Below are positions 10,812-20,510 of a stretch of DNA of 64,000 nucleotides, piece by piece; the first letter of the stretch is position 1, and each line of letters begins with the position of its first letter. Below the pieces are notes generated by a model, which worked only from the letters and a program-made list of their open reading frames with translations, did no database searches and was not told where the DNA came from. The translations under genes and the position numbers were made by a program. The stretch lies in the NCBI GenBank assembly GCA_019894975.1, contig JAGXNO010000010.1, positions 1 through 64,000 of the forward strand, read 5' to 3'. The stretch is from Promethearchaeota archaeon. GTDB taxonomy: Archaea > Asgardarchaeota > Lokiarchaeia > Sigyniarchaeales > SOKP01.

Positions 10812-11132
10812 AATTAATCAGATGAATAATTTTATTAATTAAATAATTAATAACCTATTAAGTAATTTTTCTAAAAAATATTAAATGCCTCATTGAAACG
10901 ACAAAACTTTAAACTAGAACTACCAGTAAATTTGCAGATTCTAAGAATTTAAAATGTAAAATATCTTCTAAACCATTACCAAATAAAAATTTCAACCTAG
11001 ATTAATAAACAAATAATAATATAATTTAATAGAGAATAAGTAATACAAAAAATTAAAATAAGAAAATTATATCTATATTATTATATTGTAATTTAAGTCT
11101 ATAATTACTCTTAATCTAAATAACAGGAAAAA

Positions 11133-11510
11133 ATGACACAAATGGAAAATACAAGCGAGACCTTGGATGATATCCTCAAGAAGCTCCTCTCTGCAATCCC
11201 AGAAGTTAAGGCTGCGGCAATAGTTTCCGCAGAAGGATTGCCCATCGCATCAGCACTACCTCAAGGAATCGATGAAACTCGAATCGCTGCCATGACTGCT
11301 GCGCTTCTCTCCTTGTCCGAAAGGGCTGTTATCGAGATGGAGAAGGGCGAATTCGAGCAACTGTACGTCCGTGGAAACGAAGGATATCTTCTAGTTTTAC
11401 AAGCTGGACCCAATGCTGTACTAACGGTTTCTACAACGAAAGATGTCAGACTCGGGCTAATCTTTTTGGATTGTAAACGAACAACTGAAAAAATAGCCAA
11501 ACTCATTTAA
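11133..11510 (+). CDS. Roadblock/LC7 (MglB-like) protein
   Basis: AAAIVSAEGLPIASALP..DETRIAAMTAALLSLSERA..GYLLVLQAG..VRLGLIF. Confidence 0.92.
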   Translation: MTQMENTSETLDDILKKLLSAIPEVKAAAIVSAEGLPIASALPQGIDETRIAAMTAALLSLSERAVIEMEKGEFEQLYVRGNEGYLLVLQAGPNAVLTVSTTKDVRLGLIFLDCKRTTEKIAKLI

Positions 11511-11694
11511 TTCAAGTTCTCATATCTGTTAATTCTCTTTTTAAACATATCAAAACTCAAATTAGGAGTTCTTCAAGTTTTTCTGTAATTTCATTGAAAT
11601 TGAAAATTTTGTGAAATGTACTCATATCCTTAGGATTAACGAAATTTATAATACTTACTTCTTTCACAAAACTAAGATAATAAATGATTAAAAC

Positions 11695-12960
11695 GTGGTT
11701 CAAATAACGGACGAGAGCTTAAATAATTATATGTATGAATTCATAGTTAAAGTCTGCGATGATATAGGTCCAAGGGAGTCTGGAACTGAGCAAGAAATAC
11801 TCGCAGGCAACATGATAGAAGAGGAAATGAAGAAATTCTGCGATGAGGCTCATCAGGAGGAATACATAAGTAGCCCGCATGCATTTTTGGGGGGTATAAG
11901 GTATGGTGTCCTGCTTGTTTTCATATCGATAATTCTTTATTGGCTTTCTCTTTTGATTGATATTAATATAATTCAAATAAATAGTGTTTATAGCTTTATT
12001 TTCATGATAATAGCAGCCATTCTTATTGTGATAAGTGTTAGTTATTTTATTCTGGAGGTTATGAAATATCATGAAACTTATGATTTCTTGTTCCCCAAAA
12101 GAAAGTCAAATAATGTAATAGGAACGATAAATCCTACAGATGAAGTTAAAAATACTATAATTTTTTCAGCACATCACGATTCTGCTTTTGAATTTAATAC
12201 ATTCTATTATTTGAAAAAATTTGGGGTAATTATAATTAACGTTGGCTACATCGGAGTGGGGATAATCTTACTAATAATAGTTTTAAAAATAATCCTTCAA
12301 CTGCTATCTCTTGAATTTTTTGTTTTATTTTTTTCCTTTGGTTTTTTCTTCATTGCTTTTATCCCAATTATTATAGTGTATATCCTATTTCACTCATACA
12401 ATCCAGTTTTAGGAGCTTTTGATAATTTATCTGGAGTATCCATCGTATTAGGAATTGGTAAATTTCTATCAGAGAATAAAAACAATCCTGAGATTTTCCC
12501 CAAACATACTAAAATTTATCTGATTTCTTTTGCAGGAGAAGAAGCAGGTTTAAGAGGCGCAAAAAGGTTTGTGAGCGCTCACTATAATCAATTAAAAGAA
12601 GAAGGAACCATAGTCGTAAATATGGATGGTATTGGAAAAAAAGATGCTGTTTTCATCCTCGATAAAGAATCGGGAATTGGTGCAAAGCACGATTCAAAAA
12701 TATACGAGCCACTGTTCGATATAGCTAAAACATTAAACGCTAATCCACGGTTATCTCCTTTACCTTTTGGAGCAACTGATGGTGCAGCATTTAGTAAAAA
12801 AGGGATTCCTACAGCCTCGATAGGAGGGCTTGATTTAAAAGAAGGACTTCCCCCTTATTATCATACGAGACTCGATACTCCTGAAAATGTTGAGAAAGAA
12901 GCATTAGGTCAATTTGTTGAGATATGTATTGAATATCTGAAAGAAATAGATTCACAATAA
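11695..12960 (+). CDS. Membrane-embedded M28 family peptidase
   Basis: AHHDS, GAFDNLSG, GEEAGLRG, NMD, YHT motifs with TM inserts. Confidence 0.88.
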   Translation: MVQITDESLNNYMYEFIVKVCDDIGPRESGTEQEILAGNMIEEEMKKFCDEAHQEEYISSPHAFLGGIRYGVLLVFISIILYWLSLLIDINIIQINSVYSFIFMIIAAILIVISVSYFILEVMKYHETYDFLFPKRKSNNVIGTINPTDEVKNTIIFSAHHDSAFEFNTFYYLKKFGVIIINVGYIGVGIILLIIVLKIILQLLSLEFFVLFFSFGFFFIAFIPIIIVYILFHSYNPVLGAFDNLSGVSIVLGIGKFLSENKNNPEIFPKHTKIYLISFAGEEAGLRGAKRFVSAHYNQLKEEGTIVVNMDGIGKKDAVFILDKESGIGAKHDSKIYEPLFDIAKTLNANPRLSPLPFGATDGAAFSKKGIPTASIGGLDLKEGLPPYYHTRLDTPENVEKEALGQFVEICIEYLKEIDSQ

Positions 12961-12969
12961 TATTCAAGT

Positions 12970-13287
12970 ATGGGAATAATGTCCGAAAAGAATGCATTCT
13001 ATGCCGTAATCAAGCCCTATCGTCAGGATTTTATCACAAATCCTAAAGAAGAAGAGGATAAAATTATGGTGGATCATTTTCATTATCTAAAGACATTATT
13101 AGAGCAAAATAAATTATTTTTTGCCGGACCTACTTTGATTCCTGAAGATCCTTTTGGAGTTATCATCCTCCAAACTGAAACAGAAGAAGAAGCAAAACAA
13201 TTGCTTGAAAATGATCCTTCTGTTAAAACTGGTATTCAAAAAATTGTGGATCTAAGACCAATTAGATTATCATTAATAAAAGAATAA
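12970..13287 (+). CDS. YciI family protein
   Basis: HFHYLK...AGP...EEAKQLLENDPSV. Confidence 0.8.
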   Translation: MGIMSEKNAFYAVIKPYRQDFITNPKEEEDKIMVDHFHYLKTLLEQNKLFFAGPTLIPEDPFGVIILQTETEEEAKQLLENDPSVKTGIQKIVDLRPIRLSLIKE

Positions 13288-13299
13288 CGTTTCAATGAG

Positions 13300-14103
13300 T
13301 TATAGACCTAATTCTTTTATTGCTTCATCCACATCATAATTTTTATGCACAATTAAATAAAGTGCCCTTACAAACTTAGTTGGATCATCTGCTTGGAAAG
13401 CATTTCTTCCATATGCAACTCCAGCACCACCAACATCGATTGATTGTTTAGTAATTTCTAAAATATTCCTTATCCCTGCTCTTTCTCCTCCCGCGATTAT
13501 AACTGGCGCCATACAACCGTCAACAACTTCTTTAAAAGAGTCAGGATCTCCAGTCCAATTAGTTTTTACTATATCAGCGCCTAATTCCGCCGCAACTCTA
13601 GCAGCTATTTTCACTACACCCACATCTTGTTCATTCTCAATATTCTCACCTCTAGGATACATCATAGCGATGAGTGGCATTCCAAGATCTCGACATTCTC
13701 TTGATACTTTTCCTAATATTTCCAACATCTCGGGATCTGACTTTGTGCCAATATTGATATGAATCGATACCCCATCTGCCCCTAATTTAACTGCTTCTAA
13801 CACAGTGTTTACCAATACTTTATAATTCGAATCAGGGCTTATCGAAGTTGATCCTGATAAATGGAGGATTAATCCAATATCCGGACCATATCCTCTGTGA
13901 GCATATAAGGGAATGCCAATATGCCCCAATACTGCATTAGCACCCCCCAGGGCTACTTTATTAACGGCTTCTCCCAATTCTTTTTCAATTCCTTTGATAG
14001 GTCCCAAAGTTAAACCATGATCCATAGGTACAATAATTGATCTTTTTGTTTCTCTATTAATGATTCTTTCTAATCTAATTTTCTTACCAATATACCCAGA
14101 CAA
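13300..14103 (-). CDS. DhnA-type class I aldolase (ADH synthase AroA' or fructose-bisphosphate aldolase)
   Basis: PMDHG, AMMYPRG, AAELGADIVKT, IAGG, GRNAFQ; TTG start preceded by GGTGA. Confidence 0.88.
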   Translation of the reverse strand: MSGYIGKKIRLERIINRETKRSIIVPMDHGLTLGPIKGIEKELGEAVNKVALGGANAVLGHIGIPLYAHRGYGPDIGLILHLSGSTSISPDSNYKVLVNTVLEAVKLGADGVSIHINIGTKSDPEMLEILGKVSRECRDLGMPLIAMMYPRGENIENEQDVGVVKIAARVAAELGADIVKTNWTGDPDSFKEVVDGCMAPVIIAGGERAGIRNILEITKQSIDVGGAGVAYGRNAFQADDPTKFVRALYLIVHKNYDVDEAIKELGL

Positions 14104-14216
14104 ACTTAAATCACCTTTATTTTTTCATCCAAACTACAGATGCTATAGAAAGAAGTCAATGTAGCTTTAATAATTCTATCTTTTAACCTAGAAAAATAAC
14201 TCAGATTTAGAGAACT

Positions 14217-14858
14217 TCAGAGACGAAATATGAATAACCATAAAGATGTGATGATTGTGCTGAAAAAGTATAGAGCTAAAAAACCACAAGATATATACAC
14301 TAATCTTCTATAGACTTGAAAGTCAAGTAGTTTTTTTATTTTTATTTTCTCACTCCTTTTTACCGCTTTGTATAAATTGAGGGAATGATAGCCTATTACT
14401 GAAATAATTAGAAGATAAGGCACAACCCATTTATAAGGGAATCCTATGACTCTGATTACTAGCCCTGTGGTATAATCAACAATTAAAATCGTATCTGTAA
14501 GTATACTACTTACAACAATATTTCCATTCTCTAACATATCTGCATCATAAAGATTTGCAAACCAAGGAGATTTTATTTCTTTTACAATTTTTTGAGAATT
14601 CATGTCATAGACTAACAAACGATTGTTCCCTGAATCAGTTATCAATCTTAATTCATTTCCAATATCATCACAATCTCTAACCATTCTTAATCTTCCATAT
14701 GGAAATTCCAACTTCAATTCCCATACAACTTCCTTCGTTGTAGTATTTACTTCAATTATTCTATCATTTCTGGAATCGCAAATTACTGTATTTCCATTAT
14801 CATATCGATCAGGATTATGTTGATGGTTTAAAATTGTTAAATTATTAGGTTGACCAAA
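14217..14858 (-). pseudogene. 5'-truncated arylsulfotransferase-like beta-propeller membrane protein
   Basis: Frame extends upstream of the ORF-track start: FGQPNNLTILNHQHNPDRYDNGNTVICDSRNDRIIEVN...; no start codon before the in-frame stop near 14890. Confidence 0.6.
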
Positions 14859-14860
14859 GA

Positions 14861-15046
14861 ATTTTGGGGATAATTGGCGGTGCCTTATTTATTATTGCAC
14901 CAATTGTATTTTTTGCGGGTGTAGAAGCCGAATATCCTGGATATTTTGAATACTATCAAGTGAATGTTGCTCTAATTTTACCTTTCATTGCTGGAGCTTT
15001 AGGCATTTTTGCAGGGATAATGGGAATTATGGAAAAGCGTGGATAG
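14861..15046 (+). pseudogene. C-terminal fragment of a membrane protein
   Basis: ILGIIGGALFIIAPIVFFAG...LILPFIAGALGIFAGIMGIMEKRG*; begins mid-helix, followed by oligo-T. Confidence 0.5.
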
Positions 15047-15161
15047 TCCTAACTAAATCCTTTTTTTTTTTAAAAAATTAAACATAAACTATTAATTTTT
15101 TAGTGCATTCTATAAATTACTAGACTTCAATAAGCTACATTTATTTAATGGGTACATTCAA

Positions 15162-15755
15162 ATGTTTAAACTTTTTACAATTGAAGGGAAAATTGAAATA
15201 CCTCCATTCCTATTTGGTCAAGAAAAAACTATAAGCGCTAGAATAATCTTAAGCGAAGATTATGAAGGAATAATCACTCGTGATTATGGTTTTATCATTG
15301 CTGTTGTCGATGTACTTCAAGTTGGACAAGGTATTATCATACCAGGTAATGCAAACACTTTTCATGAGGTAGAATTTACAATACTTACTTTTAAACCAAC
15401 TGTTTCAGAAGTTGTGGAAGGAACTGTAGTAGAAATTGTTGATTTTGGCTCTTTTATAAGACTAGGGCCTTTAGATGGGTTAGTTCATGTATCTCAAATC
15501 TGTGATGATTATATATCTTATGAACAAGTTGGAAATCGATTTATCGGTAAAGAAACGGGAAAGATCCTCGAAGTGAATGATCAAGTGAGAGCAAAAATAA
15601 TTGCTGTTTCTTTAGGTACTGGGAGAAGTGGAAAACTTGGTTTAACTATGAGACAAAAGTTTCTGGGGAAAGAGGAATGGATTAAAAATGATATTGAAGA
15701 TGAATATACCAAAGAGGAGCCTGAAGTAAGTGAAGAGGAAGGGGCTGCAGAATAA
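15162..15755 (+). CDS. rpoE1: DNA-directed RNA polymerase subunit E' (Rpo7)
   Basis: S1 domain EVVEGTVVEIVDFGSFIRLGPLDGLVHVSQI; LTMRQKFLGK. Confidence 0.96.
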   Translation: MFKLFTIEGKIEIPPFLFGQEKTISARIILSEDYEGIITRDYGFIIAVVDVLQVGQGIIIPGNANTFHEVEFTILTFKPTVSEVVEGTVVEIVDFGSFIRLGPLDGLVHVSQICDDYISYEQVGNRFIGKETGKILEVNDQVRAKIIAVSLGTGRSGKLGLTMRQKFLGKEEWIKNDIEDEYTKEEPEVSEEEGAAE

Positions 15756-15783
15756 ATAAAGTGCAAATGATATAGGTGATAAG

Positions 15784-15972
15784 TTGAAAGATAAAGCATG
15801 CAAGAATTGTCATTTAATAACTAAAAACGAAACTGTTTGCCCAAAATGTAAAACTCATACTTTAAGCGAAGATTTCACTGGAGAGGTTATTATAATTAGT
15901 CCTAAAGAGTCTAAGTTCGCAGAATATCTCAAGATCCACTACCCCGGGAAATATGCTTTAAGGGTACGTTAA
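15784..15972 (+). CDS. spt4: Transcription elongation factor Spt4 (RpoE'')
   Basis: KACKNC...CPKC..LSEDFTG...PGKYALRVR; GGTGA upstream. Confidence 0.95.
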   Translation: MKDKACKNCHLITKNETVCPKCKTHTLSEDFTGEVIIISPKESKFAEYLKIHYPGKYALRVR

Positions 15973-16063
15973 AATCCAATAGTTCTTAATTCAATAAATT
16001 TTTCCTAATCCTAAGTTCTGAATAAACATTAAATAAAACTCCATCTTAATATTCTTGATTTAA

Positions 16064-16651
16064 ATGGATTACAACTTAAGAATTCCTCAGATTAAACGGA
16101 AATCATTTGCAGAACCACTTGATATTTTAATAGCTGGTACTAGAGAAGAAACAATTTTACAAGTAGAAAACATCTTTAAAGATTATATTAAATCTGGGAA
16201 AAAAATCAACTTTTATATTGTCGGAGATATTGTTGCTAAAGACTTCCTGTCTAATAATTTTTTAAAATCATTTATAAAAATCTGCATAATTGATGAAAAA
16301 ACCCAAAGGAATCAAATTAAAATCGACTTTGAAGACTTCTTTGAAGAAGATATAGAATTTCAGAATCCCGTTGGTACAATACAAAAAGGATGTTGGAACA
16401 TTTTTAAAGAATCTATTAAGTCTGGTAAAAAAACCCTGATTAAAATTATTGAAGGGGAGGAAGATCTACTTGTCCTTCCTCTAATTTTAGAGGTCCCTAT
16501 TAAAGAAAATGTAGGTAATTTTGCTTTTTATGGTCAACCGCCAATTACTGACTCTAATTTCGTGATTCCAGAGGGTATTGTGATTGTGGATATTGATGAA
16601 AATATTCATACCAAAGTTCAAAAAGTCATTGCGATGATGGAAAAATTCTAA
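16064..16651 (+). CDS. GTP-dependent dephospho-CoA kinase (DUF359)
   Basis: VGDIV, DEKTQR, NPVGTI, GEEDLL, YGQP; conserved position after spt4. Confidence 0.88.
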   Translation: MDYNLRIPQIKRKSFAEPLDILIAGTREETILQVENIFKDYIKSGKKINFYIVGDIVAKDFLSNNFLKSFIKICIIDEKTQRNQIKIDFEDFFEEDIEFQNPVGTIQKGCWNIFKESIKSGKKTLIKIIEGEEDLLVLPLILEVPIKENVGNFAFYGQPPITDSNFVIPEGIVIVDIDENIHTKVQKVIAMMEKF

Positions 16652-16804
16652 CTTTTAGTTAAAATCCTTCTTCCATTGAAATAAGGTTTCACTTTTATAA
16701 AAAGCAAAATTTTATTTTCTATCTATTCTTTTGAATTCTATAAATCATAAAGAATCTTGTTAAGATTTTTTAAATTTGAGCACACTAAGTAAAGAAGGTT
16801 CAAA

Positions 16805-17158
16805 ATGCCACTAAATATTGAGATTACGGAAGAAGAAAGGAACCCATTGATTGATAGAAAGGAAATTAAAATTCGAATTGATCATTTTGGTGCAAGTACT
16901 CCAAATCGGTTAGAAGTAAAGAAAAAGATTTCTGCAATGCAAGGATCTGATGAAAAACTAACCATAATTAAAAAACTAGAGACTCGTTTTGGTGCTTCTT
17001 ATACTCAGGGAAAAATTTACATCTATGATTCTGCTGAGGAACTCCAATTTTTTGAATCATTTCATATAAAAGTCCGCAATCTTGATAAGGAAAAGCGAAC
17101 TGAAATCTATCAATTAAAGAGGAGAAATGAACCTTATAAACATTTATTTGAAAATTAA
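16805..17158 (+). CDS. rps24e: 30S ribosomal protein S24e
   Basis: NPLIDRKE, TPNR, TRFG..GKIYIYDS; operon context. Confidence 0.93.
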   Translation: MPLNIEITEEERNPLIDRKEIKIRIDHFGASTPNRLEVKKKISAMQGSDEKLTIIKKLETRFGASYTQGKIYIYDSAEELQFFESFHIKVRNLDKEKRTEIYQLKRRNEPYKHLFEN

Positions 17159-17182
17159 TTAATGTAATGATGTTGCTATAAA

Positions 17183-17398
17183 ATGGATGCTTCAAAATAT
17201 TATAAAATCGAAGGAGATAAGTTAGTAAGAACTCATAGGTCATGCCCTAAATGTGGTCCGAGTTATTTTCTTGCCAACCATTACGATCGATCAAGTTGTG
17301 GGAAATGTGGTTATGCTGTATTTAAAAGAAAGGGTGCTACTAAAAGGAAAGCTGGTAGAAGGGCTCCTCGAAAACGTGTAAAGTCAATTGATGGATGA
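17183..17398 (+). CDS. rps27ae: 30S ribosomal protein S27ae
   Basis: YYKIEGDKLVR..CPKCG..FLANHYDRSSCGKCGY. Confidence 0.95.
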   Translation: MDASKYYKIEGDKLVRTHRSCPKCGPSYFLANHYDRSSCGKCGYAVFKRKGATKRKAGRRAPRKRVKSIDG

Positions 17399-17486
17399 GT
17401 CAATCCATAAATTAAACCTTATTTGATATTTATTTCTCATTATTTCACACTCATATTAAGAATTTTAAGGTTTCTAAAAGTATACC

Positions 17487-18509
17487 TTGGGGAAAGTAAT
17501 GAAAAAGTACTGTTTAGGTATTGAAAGTACCGCTCACACGTGGGGTGTGGGTATAGTTGATTTTGAAGGAGAAAATCATTCAATAATAAACGATACTTTT
17601 ATGCCTGAAAAGGGTGGACTTCATCCTGCCATGGTACGGGAGCACCACCTACACTGTTTTGCAGATGTAATTAATAAATCCTTATCGGATGCAAGATTAT
17701 CGCTTAGAGATATTAACTTAATTGCTTTCAGTCAAAGTCCCGGGTTGGGGCCTGTATTAAAAATAGGTGCTTTAGTAGCCCGGATGTTAAGTCAGATTTT
17801 GAACATTCCTCTTGTTGGTGTAAATCATTGCATAGCTCATGTAGAAATTGGACGATTAATGTGCAATATTAAAGATCCTCTGACTTTATATGTATCTGGA
17901 GGAAATACTATTGTTAGTGCTTATGAATCAAATAGATATCAAATTTTTGGTGAAACTCTCGACTTAGCAGTGGGGAATATGATTGATTCATTTGCTCGGG
18001 ATGCAGGATTAAGCCATCCAGGAGGTCCGAAGATTGAAAGTTTAGCATCAAAATCAGAAAAATATATTCAGCTCCCTTATGCTGTAAAGGGCATGGATCT
18101 TTCCTTTTCAGGATTATACACCGCAGCAAAGCGGTTATTAGAATCTCCGAAGTTCAATGATAAATATACCTTAAATGATGTTGCAAATTCACTACAAGAA
18201 ACTGCATTTGCCATGCTAACTGAAGTTACTGAACGAGCTCTCGCTCATACAGAGAAAAAAGAAGTTTTACTTACAGGTGGAGTAGCAGCAAATAAAAGAC
18301 TGCAACAAATGATTCAATATATATGCGATGAGCATGATACTCGTTTTGAAGCAGTCCCGTTAAAATTCGCTGGAGATAATGGAGTGATGATTGCATGGAC
18401 AGGAGTCCTAAGATATCTTTCTGAAGGAGGACACGAAATATCTGAAACAATAATTAATCCTAGAGAAAGAATGGATCAAATAACAGTTCCTTGGAGGATT
18501 GACAAATAG
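17487..18509 (+). CDS. kae1: KEOPS t6A threonylcarbamoyltransferase Kae1 (start possibly ATG 17499)
   Basis: LGIESTAHT, SPGLG, VNHCIAHVE, LYVSGGNT, GGVAAN, DNGVMIA. Confidence 0.96.
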   Translation: MGKVMKKYCLGIESTAHTWGVGIVDFEGENHSIINDTFMPEKGGLHPAMVREHHLHCFADVINKSLSDARLSLRDINLIAFSQSPGLGPVLKIGALVARMLSQILNIPLVGVNHCIAHVEIGRLMCNIKDPLTLYVSGGNTIVSAYESNRYQIFGETLDLAVGNMIDSFARDAGLSHPGGPKIESLASKSEKYIQLPYAVKGMDLSFSGLYTAAKRLLESPKFNDKYTLNDVANSLQETAFAMLTEVTERALAHTEKKEVLLTGGVAANKRLQQMIQYICDEHDTRFEAVPLKFAGDNGVMIAWTGVLRYLSEGGHEISETIINPRERMDQITVPWRIDK

Positions 18510-18511
18510 AC

Positions 18512-19186
18512 ATGAATTCTGAAATCTATAAAGAAAAGTTAATTCATAAAGGAGCTGAAGCAAGTCTGTATTTAGGTAAATGGTTTGATAAAAAGGTTAT
18601 TTTTAAGCATCGAATCCCAAAAAAGTATCGTATAGAGGAAATTGATAACAAAATCAGATTAGAAAGAACCCTTAATGAAGGTAGGGCACTAATCAGGGTA
18701 AAGAATTACGGGATAAACGTACCTCAAGTATATGAGATTGATCCTCAAAATGCGATTATAATTATGAGATATATAGAAGGAGAAAAACTGAAAAACCTGA
18801 TAGAAACCTTAAATATTACTAAAATGGAGAAAATTTTCAATGAGATTGGAATTATGGTAGCCATTTTACATAAAAATGGTCATATTCATGGTGATATCAC
18901 TACAAGCAATTTATTAGTTACAAATGAAGAAAATATATTTCTTATCGATTTTGGATTGCACGAATATTCCGATACTATCGAAGATAAAAGTGTGGATCTC
19001 CATCTTTTTAAAAGGGTATTGATCTCATCACACGGGAGTAACTATGAATTCTGTTTTAACGCTTTTCTTGAAGGATATCGATCAGAATATGAAAAATTAG
19101 ATTTTAATGAGTGTAAATCCATTATTAAAAACGTTAATGCTATTGAAACGCGGGGTAGATATGTAAAATCAGAAGATAGGAAATAA
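18512..19186 (+). CDS. bud32: KEOPS kinase Bud32
   Basis: KGAEA, HGDITTSN, IDFGL, VDLHL, RGRY. Confidence 0.95.
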   Translation: MNSEIYKEKLIHKGAEASLYLGKWFDKKVIFKHRIPKKYRIEEIDNKIRLERTLNEGRALIRVKNYGINVPQVYEIDPQNAIIIMRYIEGEKLKNLIETLNITKMEKIFNEIGIMVAILHKNGHIHGDITTSNLLVTNEENIFLIDFGLHEYSDTIEDKSVDLHLFKRVLISSHGSNYEFCFNAFLEGYRSEYEKLDFNECKSIIKNVNAIETRGRYVKSEDRK

Positions 19187-19521
19187 TTGCTTACTTGGAT
19201 TCTGTAATACTCTGTAAAAGAAGGAATTATTAACAGAAGGATGATTTTTTAATAAGAATAAAAATTGTTCAATCAATCTATTAATTATTCCCATTAATTG
19301 TTCATCTTAACATTTAAACAATCAAAATATATTATACCTAATATTCGAATCTTTAAATACTTTAAATAGGGATAAATAACTTTTTATACATACATTACTT
19401 ATAATATATTAGTAGAAAAGAGAGAAATTGTTTTAAGTATAGAATATATCCGCATTGCTAATTCACCCTTTCACTATTCAACATAGACGATTAGAAATTA
19501 ATATTGCTTGGAGTTAGACCT

Positions 19522-19731
19522 ATGACAGAAATTGGAAAGAAGAAAACTAAACCTAAAATGGTCAACATTACGATCAACTTACCTCAAATATATGATCAAA
19601 ATATCCAGAAACTTATAAAAATGAAACTTGTACCAAGCAGGTCTGAGGCTATTAGAATAGCATTGAGAGAATTTCTTCATAATGAATATAAAAATCTAAA
19701 ATTACTCGGATTTTTTGAAGATACTATGTAA
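19522..19731 (+). CDS. Ribbon-helix-helix (CopG-like) DNA-binding protein
   Basis: NITINLP...SRSEAIRIALREFL; ATG 19522 preferred over TTG 19504. Confidence 0.85.
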   Translation: MTEIGKKKTKPKMVNITINLPQIYDQNIQKLIKMKLVPSRSEAIRIALREFLHNEYKNLKLLGFFEDTM

Positions 19732-19873
19732 CTTTATCGGTATAGCTATTTCCTCCTAATTCTTTACGGATTTTTGTCATATTTCAATTCTACTTTAATT
19801 TTATGAGTTAAAATTTAATATGCATTTTTACTTAATTTTACTATAGGTAATTATAAACGGAAAAAACTAAACC

Positions 19874-20485
19874 TTGATCTTGATCTTATCAATTTACGAG
19901 AATGGACAAAGTAGGATTGTAAAAAAAAGTGATTTTAGTAATGTGAAAGTCTATTTAGTTGATGATTTTAAAACGATATACTTATGGTTTGGTTCAAAGT
20001 CCTCTAAAAGAAAGAGAGAGTTTGCTAGGAAAAAGGCAAACCTTCTAAACGATAAGCGAAAAGTTCCTGCCAACATCCAAGTTATTAATCAAGATAAAGA
20101 ATTTGGGGCTTTTCTTGCCATTATGGATGTTCTTAGAAAGGGCTTCGATGAAGACGTATCTTCGACAAAAAGAGAGGAATTAGAAATTGAAATTGAAGAT
20201 ACTCTAGAACTTATTGATTCTGGATTGGAAATGGATCTTGAAGCTGAAATAACTCTTGCGGCTCATAAAATTTCAGAAGATAAAGTTCCTTATGAAGAAT
20301 TATCTCGAAAATTAGCTGAATTACAACTTACTCTTTTGAGAGCTACTGGAAAACCATCAGAAAAAGAAATAACTAAAAAATGTAATGATATTCTTAAATC
20401 TTCAGCTACTTATGAGGAATTATGTTGGCTTGTTTCAGAGCTTAAAATTCTAGTTAATAAGAACCACCTAGAAAAAAAAAGCTAA
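19874..20485 (+). CDS. Single gelsolin-domain protein with repeated helical C-terminal module (1DGelX-like)
   Basis: VYLVDDFKTIYLWFGSKSS...IQVINQDKE..FL gelsolin pattern; two EIT...YEEL..L.EL repeats. Confidence 0.75.
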   Translation: MILILSIYENGQSRIVKKSDFSNVKVYLVDDFKTIYLWFGSKSSKRKREFARKKANLLNDKRKVPANIQVINQDKEFGAFLAIMDVLRKGFDEDVSSTKREELEIEIEDTLELIDSGLEMDLEAEITLAAHKISEDKVPYEELSRKLAELQLTLLRATGKPSEKEITKKCNDILKSSATYEELCWLVSELKILVNKNHLEKKS

Positions 20486-20510
20486 TTGTTTAATAAAAAA
20501 ATAGAAAAAC

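Noticed and set aside
3284-11510. HEAT + roadblock + Rab-like GTPase + roadblock as one trafficking system
   Set aside because: The genes are on different strands and interspersed with enzymes; these families are abundant in Asgard genomes, so proximity is weak evidence.
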